This document shows positions 38,601 through 52,011 of a stretch of DNA of 64,000 bases, in pieces. Source of the stretch: Gracilinanus agilis (lineage: Eukaryota); assembly GCF_016433145.1 (NCBI RefSeq), contig NC_058134.1:310151774-310215773 (forward strand), in the 5' to 3' direction. How positions within the stretch are numbered: position 1 is the stretch's first letter; the number at the start of each line of letters is the position of its first letter. The notes under the pieces are model-generated. The model was not told where the DNA came from. It was given only the letters and a program-made list of their open reading frames with translations, and did not search any database. A program made the position numbers and the translations under genes.

Positions 38601-41600
38601 GTGGCTGGTGAAGAGGATCAGGCTACAGATACTGTCATAAGTAGAAATGGCAGAGGTCTCTTCCAACCCCTGGATTTTAGAGATGAGGAAACTGAGGCCC
38701 GGGAAGTAAAGTGATCTGCTTGAAGCTCCAGAAGTAGAGACTGGAGAGGAAGGTGTGAACCCAAGTGCCCTTGGACTCCACCCGTCCCGTGTCTAGGTGT
38801 TCTCTTTACATCAGAGTGACTTGTGGCTGTATGGGATGAGGGGGTCTTGAGAGGCAGAGAGGCCAGAGTGCCGGCCAGTCCTCAATGTAAGAGGGGCAGG
38901 TTCCTAGGCCAGACCCATCCACCTGATCCCAGGCAAGGTTCACAGGCCATCAGCCCTTTAGGACCCGGTTCAAGGTCCTAAAAATTTGCCAGCCTGCATT
39001 TGTCAAGGGGGTCCCTCACCAGCCTTCTTGCTGTGGCTTCAATAAATAAGCAGATCCATGAATTCCAGAGTTCCATTTCAAGAGTATATCGGAAGGGCTG
39101 GTTTTCTATTCCCTCGGCCCAGAACTGGCCTAATGCAAATGGATGGCTAACTCTCGGGAAGAGTGAATAAACTCTGGAAGCTTCTGTTCAAGTTCAAAAC
39201 CGTCATCGCCCACTTTAAAATAAGAGGGTGCTGACACGATAGGCCACATTCCCCGGGAGTGGCAGGTGAGGGGATTGAGGGTGGCCTGACCCAAAGGCCT
39301 CTTACCTGGCTCGATTGTGACCACCATTCCTGGCTGGAGAGGGAGTGAACGTGACATGTCTGGGGTGTCATGGACATCCATGCCAAGGTAATGACCCACA
39401 TGATGGGGGCAGTATTTCCGAGCAGCCTAGAAAAGCAAAGGCCTGGGTTATTATTTCAGAAGTGACACCACCAGTGAGACTGGAAATAGCTACGTGGATG
39501 GGATCTGTGCTCACTGGAAAGCCCTGGTCTTAAGTCCTAGAATCACCAAGATGCATTCTGTTAAGAGAGCTGACTTTCTGGGGACAAGGGGCATCAAGGA
39601 AAACGCTGAGCTTGCAGGGTGATCAAATGGCTCCCCTATGCCTTCACTGTACTTCCACAGCTCACCAGCTCACTAGATTTAATAATTCAATGCATGCTCC
39701 CTCTGCTGGAAAAGGAAGGGAAATCCTGGGCTGCCCCAGGCAGCTTTCTATCAGTCTCGGAGCCTGCCAATCTTTAGCACTGCCACTAAGCTTAATTCTA
39801 TCTCCCCCCACAGCCCTCAATACTCAGCTCTGAGAGGCAGCAAAGTATCTTTCATTCATTCAATGGAGAGAATGCAGTATTAAAAAAAAATAATTAAAAA
39901 AAGGCTTTCCTTAGGAATTAAGGGAAAGAACCACTCCCTGATTGATAAGTGGTCAGAAAACATAAACAAGCAGTTCTCAGAAGAAGAAATCAAGGCGATC
40001 GATAGCTAACAATACAAAAAAATTCTCCAAGTCATTATTGATTAGGGAAATGCAAATGAAAATTTGATACCACACCTCAACACCTACCAGGTTGGGAAAT
40101 ATGCCAGAAAAGGAAAATGACAAATGCTGGGGAGGATCCAGAAAAATAGGGACACCAACACACTGTTGGGGGAGTAATGAACTGATGCAACATTCTGGAG
40201 AGCAGATAGACCCAAAAGCCTATCAAAATTCACATATCCTTTTGATCCAGAAACATCACTACTAGGTCTATATCCTAAAGAGATCAAAGAAATGGGCAAA
40301 GGACTTCTCTCTCTCTCTCTCTTTTTGTGGTGGCGAGAAAATCAAAACAGAGGGGTGGCCCATCAATTGGGGAGTGGTTGAACAAGTCATGGTATAGGGT
40401 TATAATGGAGTACTACTGGGCTATAAGAAATGACGAGCAGGATAGGATGCTTTAAGAAAAACCTGAGATTTGCCTGAACTGATACAGAATGAAGTGAGCA
40501 GAACCAGGAGAACATCATATAGTGATCAATTGTGAAAGACTTGGCTCCTCTGATCAGTACAATTCCAAATGATCCATGATGAAAAGTGCTATCCATCTCG
40601 AGAGAGAGAACTGATGAACTGAGTACACACTGAAGCAATGATTTTCCTTGCCTTGTTTTCCCTAATATGGCTAAAGTGGAAATAAGTTTTGTGTGATTTA
40701 TCATGTATAATGGGTATCATTTTGCTGGCTGTCTCAATGTGGGGGAGGAGAGAGAATTTGGAACTCAAACTAAAAATTAAAAACAAAACCCACAAGACCA
40801 GTTACTCTAGCCTGATAGAAAAAACAAACAAACAAAAAACAAGTAAAAAAAAAAACAAATCCAAATCCCACACGGGATGGAGTAGCAGGTAGCCAAGTTT
40901 AGGCAGAGGACCAGATGGTGCTCTCCTCCAGACAGTTTACCCTTCATACCCTGCTCCCTCCAGAGTCATCTCTCTTCCCAGGTGGTCTACCCTGTGGTCA
41001 CTTTAAAACTCCAGAGCCAGCCCCTAACAGGAGCAGCTGTGTCCTCTTCAGTGTTAAGGACAGAAGACTGGTTTTGTGTCTTGTCCCAGACTTTCCCCCC
41101 ACCTCAGCACTTCCTGAGAAGTGGCCCTAGTTCATTTGAAACTGGGTCAGACTGACATCCTTCCCTTTCCCTGGGCCACTTAGTCTTCTGTCCCATCTCC
41201 TGGATCTGTCCCTTTGTTGGAAGTCTACAGGCAATTCCCAGGTTGTGACAAAGACTGTGGTTTGCAGAGTCTTTCTTGCTACCAGGAAATGAAAATGACT
41301 TCACACCTGCCCAGGCTTCAGTCTGGGGAGGGAAGCTGTTGTGAAAATCATTCCTTTTGGCCTCCATGTTTAAGCACTTGCTAGCAGCTTAGCCAGAGAC
41401 TCTTACATTGCCACTGAAGAACTGGTTATTTTTTTACTAAGCTGTCTGAACTAGGAGGAATTTGGGCCTTTTGTCTTCAGAGATGGAAACGGCTCAGGGA
41501 AACTGGACATTTTCAGGGCACAGGGAGAGCGCTAGACGTAACCTGCTACTTTCTCCAAAGAGGAGCCTCTTAGTCAACAATAAATTTCATTTGTCTGAGA

Positions 41601-44600
41601 TCTTGGCAAAATTTTCCAAGAAAAGGACAACATTAATCCTGTGAGTCTTTAGTACAGTGGGTAGCACATAGTAGGTGCTTAACAAATATATGCGCCCCTC
41701 CCCACCCCCATCCCCCATTTTGGGCAGAACATTAACTAGTCTAAGAAATAAAGTACCCCCCAACCCCAATCGATTTCAATGCAAAGGAATTCGAGCACCC
41801 AGTTCGTGACCTTTCTTAGCCCTTTGCTAGGTGCTCACATACCACCACCCTGGTAAGGGATGAAGGGTGCATAGCAGTTTGGGCTGCCCCCCTCTATGTG
41901 AGACAAGAAGACCAACCTGATCCTTTCAAGATCAAACCCAACCAAAAGGAGCCAGATTAGAGACAATCTGTGATCAGACCACAGTTCTGCGATTGACCTC
42001 CCATCTCTGGGCCTTTGTCCTGGCCCCTGGACTGGGCTCACTCAATTCTTCCCTCTCCCTCATCCTTTACGAGGCAATGCTGAAGGACCATGGTTCCCAG
42101 GAACAATGTCCCCTCGCTTATTCCCTTTCTACATTTTTCCAGGTCTCTGCTGACCCTCCCACAGAGCACTCTGAGCTCGAGTGGGGCTGTTTCATTCTCT
42201 GTCCTTGTGTCACTGGGTCCAGCATGGGGTGGGCACAGAGTGAGGGCTGATTGGCCAGCCAGGGCAGAGAACTGAGGGGAGAATGCACCTTAAAGATGTT
42301 GTCGGCTCTAAGTCTCGTCAGCACCCTGAGCTCCTGGAGCTTTTGTCCTATCAGACTCAGCATGAGACTGTAGATGTTCTCCAGGCTTGTTCCAGGGCAG
42401 CAGAGTGCCAGACATGCCTTCTGGATGTCCAACACAGCTTCATAGAGTTCTGCCTGGGCTGCAGAGAACCTGTGGAAAAGAGGAAAAAGAAAGAGTCCCT
42501 TTACTATCACCAAAAGGGACGGGTAAAAATCTGGGTCGGTAAAAATCATTGGCTTTAGAAAGCTCCAAGAGTGGTGAGGCTGGATGGAACTTTAGTGATG
42601 ACGTCTACTAGACAGTGGGTCAGAAACCCCTCACTACTATCTGTGTGCTTGCAGGTGAATCTTGCACTCCTCTGGGCCTCGGCTGTCTTGGCTGCAAAAT
42701 GAGGAAGTCAAACTAAGGTCTTGAAAGTCCTTTCTTGACCCAAATCTGGGCTCTAAGAGAATGTGAGCTCCTGGAAAGGAGGAATCACTTTACTGTTTCT
42801 CAACCTCCCACAGCTGGCACAGGTCCTGGCACATGGAAGGGGCTCTGTGCTCACTGCCCTTGAGCCTGCTAGGTTTAGCACTGGTTCCTGTGACTTTCAC
42901 TCTGGCCCTACCAGATCCCCTTGGCTCCACCTGGGCACTACCTTGCCCCCAAACCTACGTATGCTTAGCCTCCTAATCCAAGGATTTGGAATCCAAGGCC
43001 AGGAAGGGCCATTCTGGTCAGCCTAATCAATGATCAACTCGCTCCATCCCTGCTAGCTGACTGACCCTATACCTCAGGTAGCCCTTCTTTGTGGGAGCAC
43101 CTCAGACGACCCAGCCAGTGCCCCAGCTCTCCCTCGCTAGGACAAGATGGTCAAGGGGAGGGGTGGGATGCCCTACCTTCCGTTGACAGGCCACGTTCGG
43201 GTAATGTCACTCACATAGCCAGAAAATTCACAGCCTCCATCCAGCAGCACCATCTCACCATCCTGTGAGGGAGGAAGGAAAATCAGATGGGGGATTCCAG
43301 GCAGGGCCGTGACACTGGTTGGTGCTTTTTTCTTTCACGGGGTCTGAACAAAAGAAGGAGAACCTTTCCAGAGCCTGATGAAGAACTGAGTGAAGTTTTC
43401 TGCTCCTTTATTCTGCCCAGCTCTGGACACTCCTGTTTACCTAAGTCCTGGGGTTCCCAGCAGGTGGGGAGAGAGCGATAGAAAACTTAGGCTCCCACTG
43501 GGCCAACCCTGCTGTTCTAGACTTCAGGATGTTTTTTTTCCTCTTTCACTGACTCTCAGTGATGAGGTCACTTCACTGGTCCAGCCATTTGAGAGCATTA
43601 GCACTTGAGAAAACCCTCAAGTTTCCTTGATATCCATGATTCGGTTTTGAGCAATGGGAGAAAGTCCAGAACCCACGCCTCTGTTGGGAAGGCTTCTTGC
43701 CTGCCACAGGTCCTGCCCTCTCTTTACTCCTCCTCCTCTCCATGCTGTAGGCCCTTCACCTCCTGGCCACTTCTACAGTACTCTGTGCTGATGGGAGAGC
43801 TGTTCCTGAGCTCGATGTGTGGCCAGCCTTCATGAAGAGTCAGGGCAAGATCAAGGGGGTTTCAGTAAATGCCAGCTTCAGAAGCTGGCCAGCAGCCCCA
43901 TGTGGCAGCCAAAGAAAATGAATTCCACTGTGGAGGGCAGGAGAGGCTGCAGAGTTTCTAGGAGGGGAAGGCCCTTCTGTCCTCTGCCCAACAGCCAGTG
44001 CTGGGGGCCATAGGAGGGTGGATAAGGAAGCTCCAGAAGAGGGCAGCCCAGATAGGAAATGGATCCCAGTCAAACAAGGGTCAGGTGAAGGAACTGGACA
44101 GTTTTAGCCCAGACAATCAGGGACTCAATGGGGGACATGATGGCTATATTCAGGAGGGATTAGATTTGTTCTGACTGACCACAAAGAGGGGAAACAAGGG
44201 GCAAAGCAGGGAAGGCCCAAAGCATCCTGACCAGCCCAGTCACCCCACAGTAGAATGGGCTGCCTAGAGAGGTGGGCAGGTTCCCATCAGGGAGGCCTCT
44301 GGAGATGTACTTAAGCAAAGGCTGGTTGGTCGTTTGCCACAGTGGAGACTCTTTTTTGGATGGGATTGGAGGACGTGGTCAGGGACAGCTCCCTGGCCAA
44401 GAGCCTGTTCCTGCCTGTGACCAATCCTGCCTAACCAGTGGTCTTCTCCCAGCCTTTCTACCCTGGGGTGGAGTAGCCATCGTCCCCATCATTAAGAGGC
44501 CTCCTCCTTTCACGTGCCGCCCCCTCCCGTTGACCCACAGTGGCCCCTGGAGCGCAGGTGGGAATACTGACCAGCACTCCCATTTGCTATAAAGCACTGG

Positions 44601-47600
44601 GGTGGGGTAATATGTTTCAAGAGCAAAAACCAAGCTTCCTGAGAATAGTGATCAATGCGTATCCTGGTATCTTAGCTCTCCTACAGGTGGAGAAAAGGAG
44701 GAGCTGAAGTGGGGTGAGGTGACCATGGGTCCTTGGCAGCTGCTTAAGTGGCAAGCCCACTACCTCTACCAGGAGTGAGTGATGAGCACCCCAGCAAGGC
44801 AACAGTCACCGTCCATGGTGACAAAAATGGGTGGACTGACAGATGCAGGGGTCGGGTCAACCTCTCTGGCAAGCCGCCATGTTGTTCTGTGCTGTGGGGC
44901 CCAGGTCTAGCTGACTGGCGGCGAGTCTGGAGTCTGCAGCTCAGGGGTCCACTAGCTAGGAGCCGTTGGGGGAGTCCCTTTACTCACCTGTACCTGTTTG
45001 TTCACCTGCCAGATGGGAGCAGCCCTCAAACCCCAGATCCTCCCTCATTCCCAGGGTCTGGGAGCAAAGTGCTCTGCAGGACTGAAATTTTCCCATGCCT
45101 GGAGGACTGCGGGGCAAAGGGCTCGATCTGCCTCCTCTCGGGCTAGTGGGCCATATGTGCTCCTTGCTGAGACAGAGTCCACCAAGGGATCTCCCGCTTA
45201 CCTTAATAATTTGGTTGTTCTTTACGTAGTGCAAAGTGTTAGACCGGTTGCCACCAGCGACCACGGGAGGGTAGGCCAAGATGTCTGCACCCCGAGCTCG
45301 GCACTCAAATTCAAACTGGAAAAACCGCAGACAGGGAGAGTGAAGGAAGAGGCTGTGGTTGTTCTGGCCCTAGTCCATCTCCCTTTCCCTTTCCCCCACC
45401 ATTCACCACCAGAATAGCCTACAGGAGAACTCTGGGACCTCCCCATGGTAGGGGTCACAGGACTCTGGGTGCTCAGGTCATATAGGTTAGACACAGCATC
45501 TATCGGGTGTGGGCTCTAGGCCTGGAGGGGCTGAAGTGGTGTAATGAACATTTTGGCCGCAGTCACTGTTCCATAACTAAAAGGAAGAGCAGTTGTGATC
45601 TGCATTGATAAAGGAAGCCCCACTGGAGGGACTACTTCTGCAGGCACTGAAGCATCTCTCACCCTTGTAGGCCATTTTTGTCAGGGCCTCAGCAAATGGC
45701 AAGAAGGTCCAGTCACCATCCACCAGGCACTGGCTTCCTAACTTTTCCATCCTTCCTTAAAAGACTGTTAGCATTCCCTCCTGGAGTTCTATTCTCCAAG
45801 CTGACTCAGAATGGGCCTTTAAGCAGCTCTCTTCTAATCAGCCTGGCTCCTTCCCCTGCCTCCTACGCACCTTCTTTTCTATGTCCCCATCCTGGCAAGG
45901 CCACAAGTGGACCCAACTCTATGCAGGATGGAACGAGGGCTGAGCTGAAGGGACAATTGGCTGCCTCAGGGGAGAGGCTTGACTCCTATTCAGGTATCCC
46001 AGCTCTCCACCAGTTTATTCTTTAAATAACAGAATGATGTGGCCTGCTGACGCACACGCACATCTTATGACCTTTTCAGCCTTTCAAATGACCACCAGGC
46101 CACCAGCCTACTCTTTTCTGAAGAGTAAAAATTGATGCTGGGCAATTAAGTCATCAAGGACATGCCCTCTCATTAACATAGTTCCTGGGAGGCCAGGGCT
46201 GGGGGAACAAAGGGCTGCTGCTTGTCTAGGCTACACCACAGGGACGACCTACAGGCCCTCATTTGCCATTTGTAAAAACAATACATTTCCCTCTTTTCAA
46301 TACACAACTTGGTACTAATGGTTTGCTCCACTGTATTTTTTGGTTCTTAGGATATGTACAGCCTTACTTCCGATGTGTTATTTCCTTATCTAAAAAAAGA
46401 GAAGCTTCCCTGCTCTAAGATCCTTTCCCACTCTCACCTTCCCTGTTCTAAATTGCCCCCCGGCCCTGATACCCCCTGTTCTCAGGTCTCTCTTACCCTT
46501 GACATCCCCTTTTCTCAGGCTTCTCTGGCTCTGATATCCCCTGTTCTCAGGCCCCTCCCAGATCTGATTTTCTGGGTTCCAAGGTCTTTCCCTTTTTCGA
46601 CATTCCTCATTCCAAGGACTCCCCTCGCCTCTAAAATTCCATGAAGTTCACTGTGCACTGGCCACCAGCTCAAGGTTACTAGCAAACTCCTTAAGAAAGC
46701 TTTCCCCTTCATTAACCACACCTCACCTTTGCATAAAGAAATGCTTCATCCATGGGGGCTTTGCTAGCAAACATGGTCTCTATGAAAGCCTGTCAAGGGA
46801 AAGAGGAAGAAATAATGAGTTTTCTTTTATCCACTCTGACACTATGGAAAACCAAGAAGTAGTCCCTCCTTTTTCCCAGGGCCTGGAAGATCAGGGCACC
46901 AAGAATGTCTGCAGTGACTCCAAAGACTGAAGCCTGCGGAGGCAGTCAGGAAGGCAGAACATTCCTTTGCAGAGGGGCCGAGTGAGCGCATTTGTACTGA
47001 GTGATGGGTCAGAAAACCTGGCTCAGGGATTACTTTTACCACTGAATGATCTAAAGTGAGTTTCAAAACCTCAGTTTTCTTATTTGCAAAGCAAGAGAAG
47101 CATCACCTGCTTCATTAAAAAACAAAAAAACAACTTTTTTAGCTGTGTATTGTGGGGATCAAATGAGCTAATGGAATCCCGTTCATCCATGAGGCAAATG
47201 AACAACTATTTCCCAAGCAGCAGCTGTGTACTAGGCAACATACTGGCTGATGCGGCCACCAAGGGGAAGCACTCCCTGCCCTCCAGAATGGGCACCTCAT
47301 TTCTCTTGGTGGTCATGAACTCCTAAGACTTTCCCCACAGATATTCCCACAGCGGTCTATATCCAAAAAGGGACAGTCTGGGAGTGGCCTGGGGACGCCA
47401 TCTTGTCTCTTTCAGTCATTTCTTGTAAAGGGTCAGATGTAGAGACAGTGCCCCATTTCGGCCACCAAGACAGGGGAAGAGAGAGTTGCTAGAGAGTTGA
47501 GTCTGTGGAGCAGTTGGTGGGTTCACTTGAGTCTCTTGCCTCCTTGAAGCAGAACGTCCTTCATCTTGCTGGAGGATGAACCATGTCCATGATCTCTATG

Positions 47601-50600
47601 AGACACTTGGCACGAGAGGGACTCAATTACAAAATGTCATCTCTAGGAGCTCTGGGACAGATTTCTCTCATTAATGACCAATGAAGGGATGACTCGATTT
47701 CTTACAAACCTGACTTGCTGGCTGCCCTGTCCTATCACCATCCCCGAGTTCCAACAATATTATTTTTGAACACATCTCAATTTTTTCTCCTGGGTTAGTA
47801 AGTCCAATAAGCATCTGGTAGAAGCCTTGTGTAAGGTCTGATGTAATAGACTCCTTGTCTGGGAGCTCCCTAACTCTGCCCTAGGATCACCTTCCTTCTC
47901 GAGGCCTCAGTTTCCTAATTTGTAAAAATGGAGGGGAAGGGTACCAGGCCTGGCTGACTTCTAAGGAGGTCCCTCCTCCCATCTTTCCATCCTGGGAAGC
48001 CTGCCCTTTCTTGGGCATGGGATGTTGGGGCTGATATTCAAGTTACAGGGAGGGTTTCAGCTTTATGACACTCAGGAGTTCCCTCTAAACTCTACAGTTC
48101 TGTGAGTTAGAAGTGTCTTTGAATCCAGGCAGAGGTGGCATATGAGAGAAGGCACGACCACTCAGTTACCTCTCGAGGGCAAATCCATGGTGGAAATCAG
48201 AGGAGGCAGATTTCAGCAAGTCATTGAGAGGTTCCCAGGGCTGTGAGCTCCCAAGCATGGGAAACACCGTCTCAGAAGCTGGATGGCTCCTTATATTACG
48301 AAAGAGAAGGATGCTAAAAAGAAGACCCCCGTGGGCAGCTCCTCCCTGGACCCGCCGTGTACCTGTGATGTGAGCCGGCCAGCCCCCTGCAGGAGAGCTA
48401 TCTCAGCAGGGGATTTGATAAGCCTGAGGCGCTGCACCAGGTGCTGGACAGTCCTCACCCGGTTCTTGCTCCTGGCTTTGGCCTCAGTTAGAGGGTGCAT
48501 GTAGTCAGAATGCAGCTGTGCGTGCGAGGGCTTATTCCAGTCATACCATACTGTACTTGTCTCCCCTTCCGACAGGAAACCAAAGAAAACAAGAGGAAGA
48601 GAGAAGAGTCACCATCAGAATGGATCAAATGATAACAAGACTCTGGGACTGGGGCATGGCTGGGCCCCAAATCATGGAAGCACCCACTCCCTGAGACATC
48701 GGTGGGCTCTGTAAAGGTGACCAAGGGGGCAAAGAACCTCGGGGCTGGGTCTTTATGCTGCATAGAATAGGAATCCCTATCTGCTGGTCATCTGTTGGTG
48801 GTAACAGTGAGGCCAAGGTGCCAACTGGACAAGTGTGACCTTGGGGAGGTGCTGAGGCTGGGGAAGAGAAAATGCTAGCCTTGGAGGCAGGAAGGTCTAG
48901 GTTCAAATTTTGCCTTGGATTCTTAGGAGCTGTGGGTGACACCTCTGTAAAGCGAGGGGGTCAAAGCAGCTGGCTTCTGGGGTCCCCTCTGGTTTGAGAG
49001 GTAGGCTCCTAGGACAAGAGGCAGTGAGTCAAATGACTTTTCTTATATGGACCATGGCCAGGTTTCCACCTATATGAAGCTGACATCGCTTCCTGAATGT
49101 GGTTCCAGGGAAGTCCAATAGCCATCCCTTGGTTTTGTGGCAGTAAACTTCACCTTCAGCTTTTTTCTCTTTCTTTCTGGAAAACTCATACCTTCTGCCT
49201 TGAATCAATACCACGTATTATTGGTTCCAAGGTAGGGCAGTAAGGGCTAGGATACAGAACAGGGGTCAGCAACATATGGCTCTCGAGCCATATCTGGCTC
49301 TTTTGAGGACCAGATATGGTTCTTTCTGCAGGAGCCATAAAGTCCATTTTTTTCAGGCGCTGTTACAGGAGCGGCGCTGTGAGCACTGCACGGCTCTCAT
49401 GAAATTACATTTTAAAAAATGTGGCGTTTATGGCTCTCAGGGCCAAAAAGGTTGCCGACCCCTGATATAGAGGTTAAGTGACTTGCCCAGGGTCACACAG
49501 CTATGAAATGGATGAGGCCATATTTGAACTCAGTTCCTCCTAACTGTAGGCCTGGTGCTCTATCCACGGAGCCACTTACCAGCCCCTGTCAAGTCCTTTG
49601 TGAGGCTGGGGAATTGGCTACCCCAAACTGACAGGCTGAAGCTCAGCCTCCTTAGGGGCCAAGAGTTAATGAGTCTTCTTTTGTACACCTACCTAAGAGA
49701 GCCCCAACTCCCAGTGAGCTGGAAGGGAGAAGGCTCTCCAATAAAGATTCCAGGTATGGTCAAGTTTGTAGCCAAAGTGAGTCAGGCCTGACTCTGTCCC
49801 TAGTTTTGACCACCAAGGCCCAAGAATACAGCCTTTAGGAGTCTCACTCATCAAACATGAAATCAGTTCTGGTGCCTCAACTTGCATTTTGCATGGCTGC
49901 TCTGCCAAAAAAAGGACTCATCACTGCCCTACTCTCAAGAAAAAAAAAAAGTTGAAATTCTGTCCCTCTCTGGCTTCTCCTTAGAAGGGATAAGGATGTC
50001 CCACGTGCTTTTGGCAGATATTAAATGCCATTCACTAGAACTAGATCACTGGCACAGTCTTGGTCGTATGGGCCAGAGAAGACCTGCTAGCAGCTTGACT
50101 TTCAGCAGCTGGAGATCTAGTGGCACCTGAGTGACTTGGATCTCAATGGAAAATGGTGACGTGGTGGTGAGAGGTGCTCGAGCACCCTGCCCTCCCCCTG
50201 GGGATTGGCTGCCTTGTGTGTCTGTTTGGTACCTTTCAGTTTGGGGACCAGATGCTTGAACTCCTCCAAAGGGAAGGCTTCATCCACACCAGTGAGAGCC
50301 ACTGCTCCATCAGCCCCTGACCGAGGCCCATCCCAGAGCTCTCGGCTGGGATCCCTCCGAGGGACAAAGAGCACAGCCTTGTGAGCTGGGAGCTCCTTGT
50401 CAGGGAGGCTCTGAAGGACCAGAATGCTGTCGGGCTCCTGGAATCCACAAAGATACAGGAAGTTGTTGTCCTGGTGGAACGTGTAGGGGATGTCATTGCT
50501 CATGTAGAATGTGGGATTGGAGAGCAATATCACTGCTTGGTCAGTCCCCCCCTTGCCTTGGGCTTCTTTCTGGATCAAAGCCATTAGTTTGTGCCTTCGG

Positions 50601-50640
50601 AGGGCATATTCCACTTGGGACAGTCCTGGAGTCACCTCGC
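32530..50640 (-). CDS. XPNPEP3: Xaa-Pro aminopeptidase 3 (mitochondrial Icp55 homolog), coding exons 3-10; 5' exons not found in the window
   Basis: Eight in-phase GT-AG exons (408, 203, 63, 114, 86, 181, 121, 167 nt). M24B metal-site motifs are intact: [38 protein letters not shown]. Confidence 0.98.
32745..32950 (-). mobile_element. Marsupial core SINE
   Basis: Antisense core and head. Confidence 0.85.
33570..33800 (-). mobile_element. Marsupial core SINE
   Basis: T-rich tail, full core and head in antisense. Confidence 0.9.
35668..35790. repeat. GA-rich low-complexity microsatellite
   Basis: Imperfect (GA)n/(GAA)n/(GGA)n tract. Confidence 0.85.
36040..36657. mobile_element. Cluster of three core-SINE copies/fragments (+,+,-)
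   Basis: Heads/cores at ~36040-36150, ~36290-36450 and ~36470-36657. Confidence 0.75.
37856..38043 (+). mobile_element. Marsupial core SINE
   Basis: Complete head to A-tail. Confidence 0.9.
39306..39426 (-). CDS. XPNPEP3: XPNPEP3 exon 9 ([20 protein letters not shown]...TIEP)
   Basis: Acceptor TTTTCTAG|GCT; donor CAG|GTAAG; 121 nt. Confidence 0.97.
39900..40830 (+). mobile_element. Old, diverged L1 3' fragment in XPNPEP3 intron 8
   Basis: Decayed GAAATGCAAAT...CACACC...ACAAATGCTGG ORF2 end, a 3' UTR and an A-rich tail. Confidence 0.85.
42289..42469 (-). CDS. XPNPEP3: XPNPEP3 exon 8 ([17 protein letters not shown]...DNIFK)
   Basis: Acceptor TTCCACAG|GTTC; donor AAG|GTGCAT; 181 nt. Confidence 0.97.
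43177..43262 (-). CDS. XPNPEP3: XPNPEP3 exon 7 ([28 protein letters not shown])
   Basis: Acceptor CTCACAG|GAT; donor AG|GTAGGG; 86 nt. Confidence 0.97.
45202..45315 (-). CDS. XPNPEP3: XPNPEP3 exon 6 ([38 protein letters not shown])
   Basis: Acceptor TTTTCCAG|TTT; donor AAG|GTAAGC; 114 nt. Confidence 0.97.
46727..46789 (-). CDS. XPNPEP3: XPNPEP3 exon 5 ([21 protein letters not shown])
   Basis: Acceptor TTGACAG|GCT; donor AAG|GTGAGG; 63 nt. Confidence 0.97.
48363..48565 (-). CDS. XPNPEP3: XPNPEP3 exon 4 (ETSTVWYDW...AGRLTSQ)
   Basis: Acceptor GTCGGAAG|GG; donor CAG|GTAC; 203 nt. Confidence 0.95.
49150..49575 (-). mobile_element. Core SINE interrupted by a hAT MITE
   Basis: SINE sequence GGGCTAGG...GTTAAGTGACTTGCCC is split at 49260-49464. 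Confidence 0.85.
49260..49464. mobile_element. hAT MITE, family C
   Basis: TIRs CAGGGGTCAGCAAC / GTTGCCGACCCCTG; degenerate 8-bp TSD ATACAGAA/ATATAGAG. Confidence 0.9.
50233..50640 (-). CDS. XPNPEP3: XPNPEP3 exon 3 ([18 protein letters not shown]...LVPKLK)
   Basis: Acceptor CATCCTTAG|GC; donor AAAG|GTACC; 408 nt. Confidence 0.97.
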
Positions 50641-51469
50641 CTAAGGATGACAGACAAAAACAGGATTTGGGTTTATTATTATTATTAGTGGGGCTAAGTT
50701 ACAGATGAGGTAAACTGAGACAGAGGACATGTAAGCCAAGATACTGCTGCATGGGGGGCAAGGTCTTTTATCTCTGGGTCAGCCCTTCTCCACCCTCAAG
50801 GCTGAAAGGGTTTAAATGGGTCGGGGCTGGAGCCACAGCAGGGGGTACAATAGGGAAGAGGGTCAGGTGAAGAAGGAGAATGGGCATGGACCCCCGATGG
50901 ACTTGCATAATCAGGTCCCCAATATCACTCTAAGCTGGTCATTCTAAAATGCCTGGACCAACTGAGAATCTAGTATTTCCCTTAAAATTTCAAAACAATC
51001 TGGTTGAGAAAAAGTTTACATTCTGTGTACACATCTGAGGATGTCAAGCACAACAGAGAAATCAGAGGTTCCTGGCTTCCTGTAGAACAGCTCCACATGA
51101 GCCGGACACACTGGGGAGGTCCTGGTGCTAAGGCTGCTTCCCCCAGCTGACACACTCCACCCTCACTCAGCATCAACAACATGGTTTGTATGACCACGGC
51201 ACATGGATGGAGATGGGGAGAGTGAGGATGTTAAACTCCATCTTTCAGATTTCAGACTGGCAAAAATAATCATCTGGTAGCTACGACATACAAGCTGAGA
51301 AAATGCAGCCAATAGAATCAAGCTGGGAGTTGGGGGGAGGGATCTTCTTTAAACCGTTTGAAATGAACAGAATGGCTCATCAAAGTGGGAGGATGGGCAA
51401 GGTCAATTCACCTTGCAAACTACCTATCATGTGCCCCATCTTGTGGAAGGGCCTATACTGGTTCCTTTT

Positions 51470-51685
51470 ATGACTTTTTTTTTTTTTTTAACTTTTACCT
51501 TCTGTTTTAGAATCAACATGATGTATTGGTTCTAAGGCAGAAGAGTGGTAAGGGTTAGGAAATGAAGGTTTACTAAAAGACTTATCCAGGGCCACACAAC
51601 TAGGAAGGTTCTGAGGCCAGATTTGAACCCAAGACTCCTACCTCCAAGGCCTGGTTCTCAATCCACTGAGCCACCTACCTGCCCC
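51470..51685 (-). mobile_element. Marsupial core SINE
   Basis: T-tail plus antisense core. Confidence 0.85.
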
Positions 51686-51993
51686 ACCCCCCAACCCCAA
51701 CTACTGAATAAAATCCAAACTCCTCTGCTTGGCCTTCAGGGCCTCCATCAATTGGTGACATTATCTAACCTTTTCATTGTTACTCAAAATCATTTTTAAA
51801 ATTCATTTGGCCTTGTGTAATTAGAAAATCTTGAACCCTTGGACTTCAGCCTGTCCTTTCTCTCTCTTCTCTCACGACTGTGGCTAGGTCAGCACCCTTT
51901 TTATTCTAGTTTTTTATTTTAGTTATTATTAATAAATCTTATTAAATATGATACTTGGAGTATCTGGATATTAGTTTTTTTAAACTTACATTT

Positions 51994-52011
51994 TGGCGAC
52001 CACAAAGGAAT
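51994..52011 (+). other. Primer-binding site complementary to the tRNA-Arg 3' end
   Basis: 16/18 match to TGGCGACCACGAAGGGAT (recalled tRNA-Arg(UCG) 3' end), 3 nt after the 5' LTR. Confidence 0.75.
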
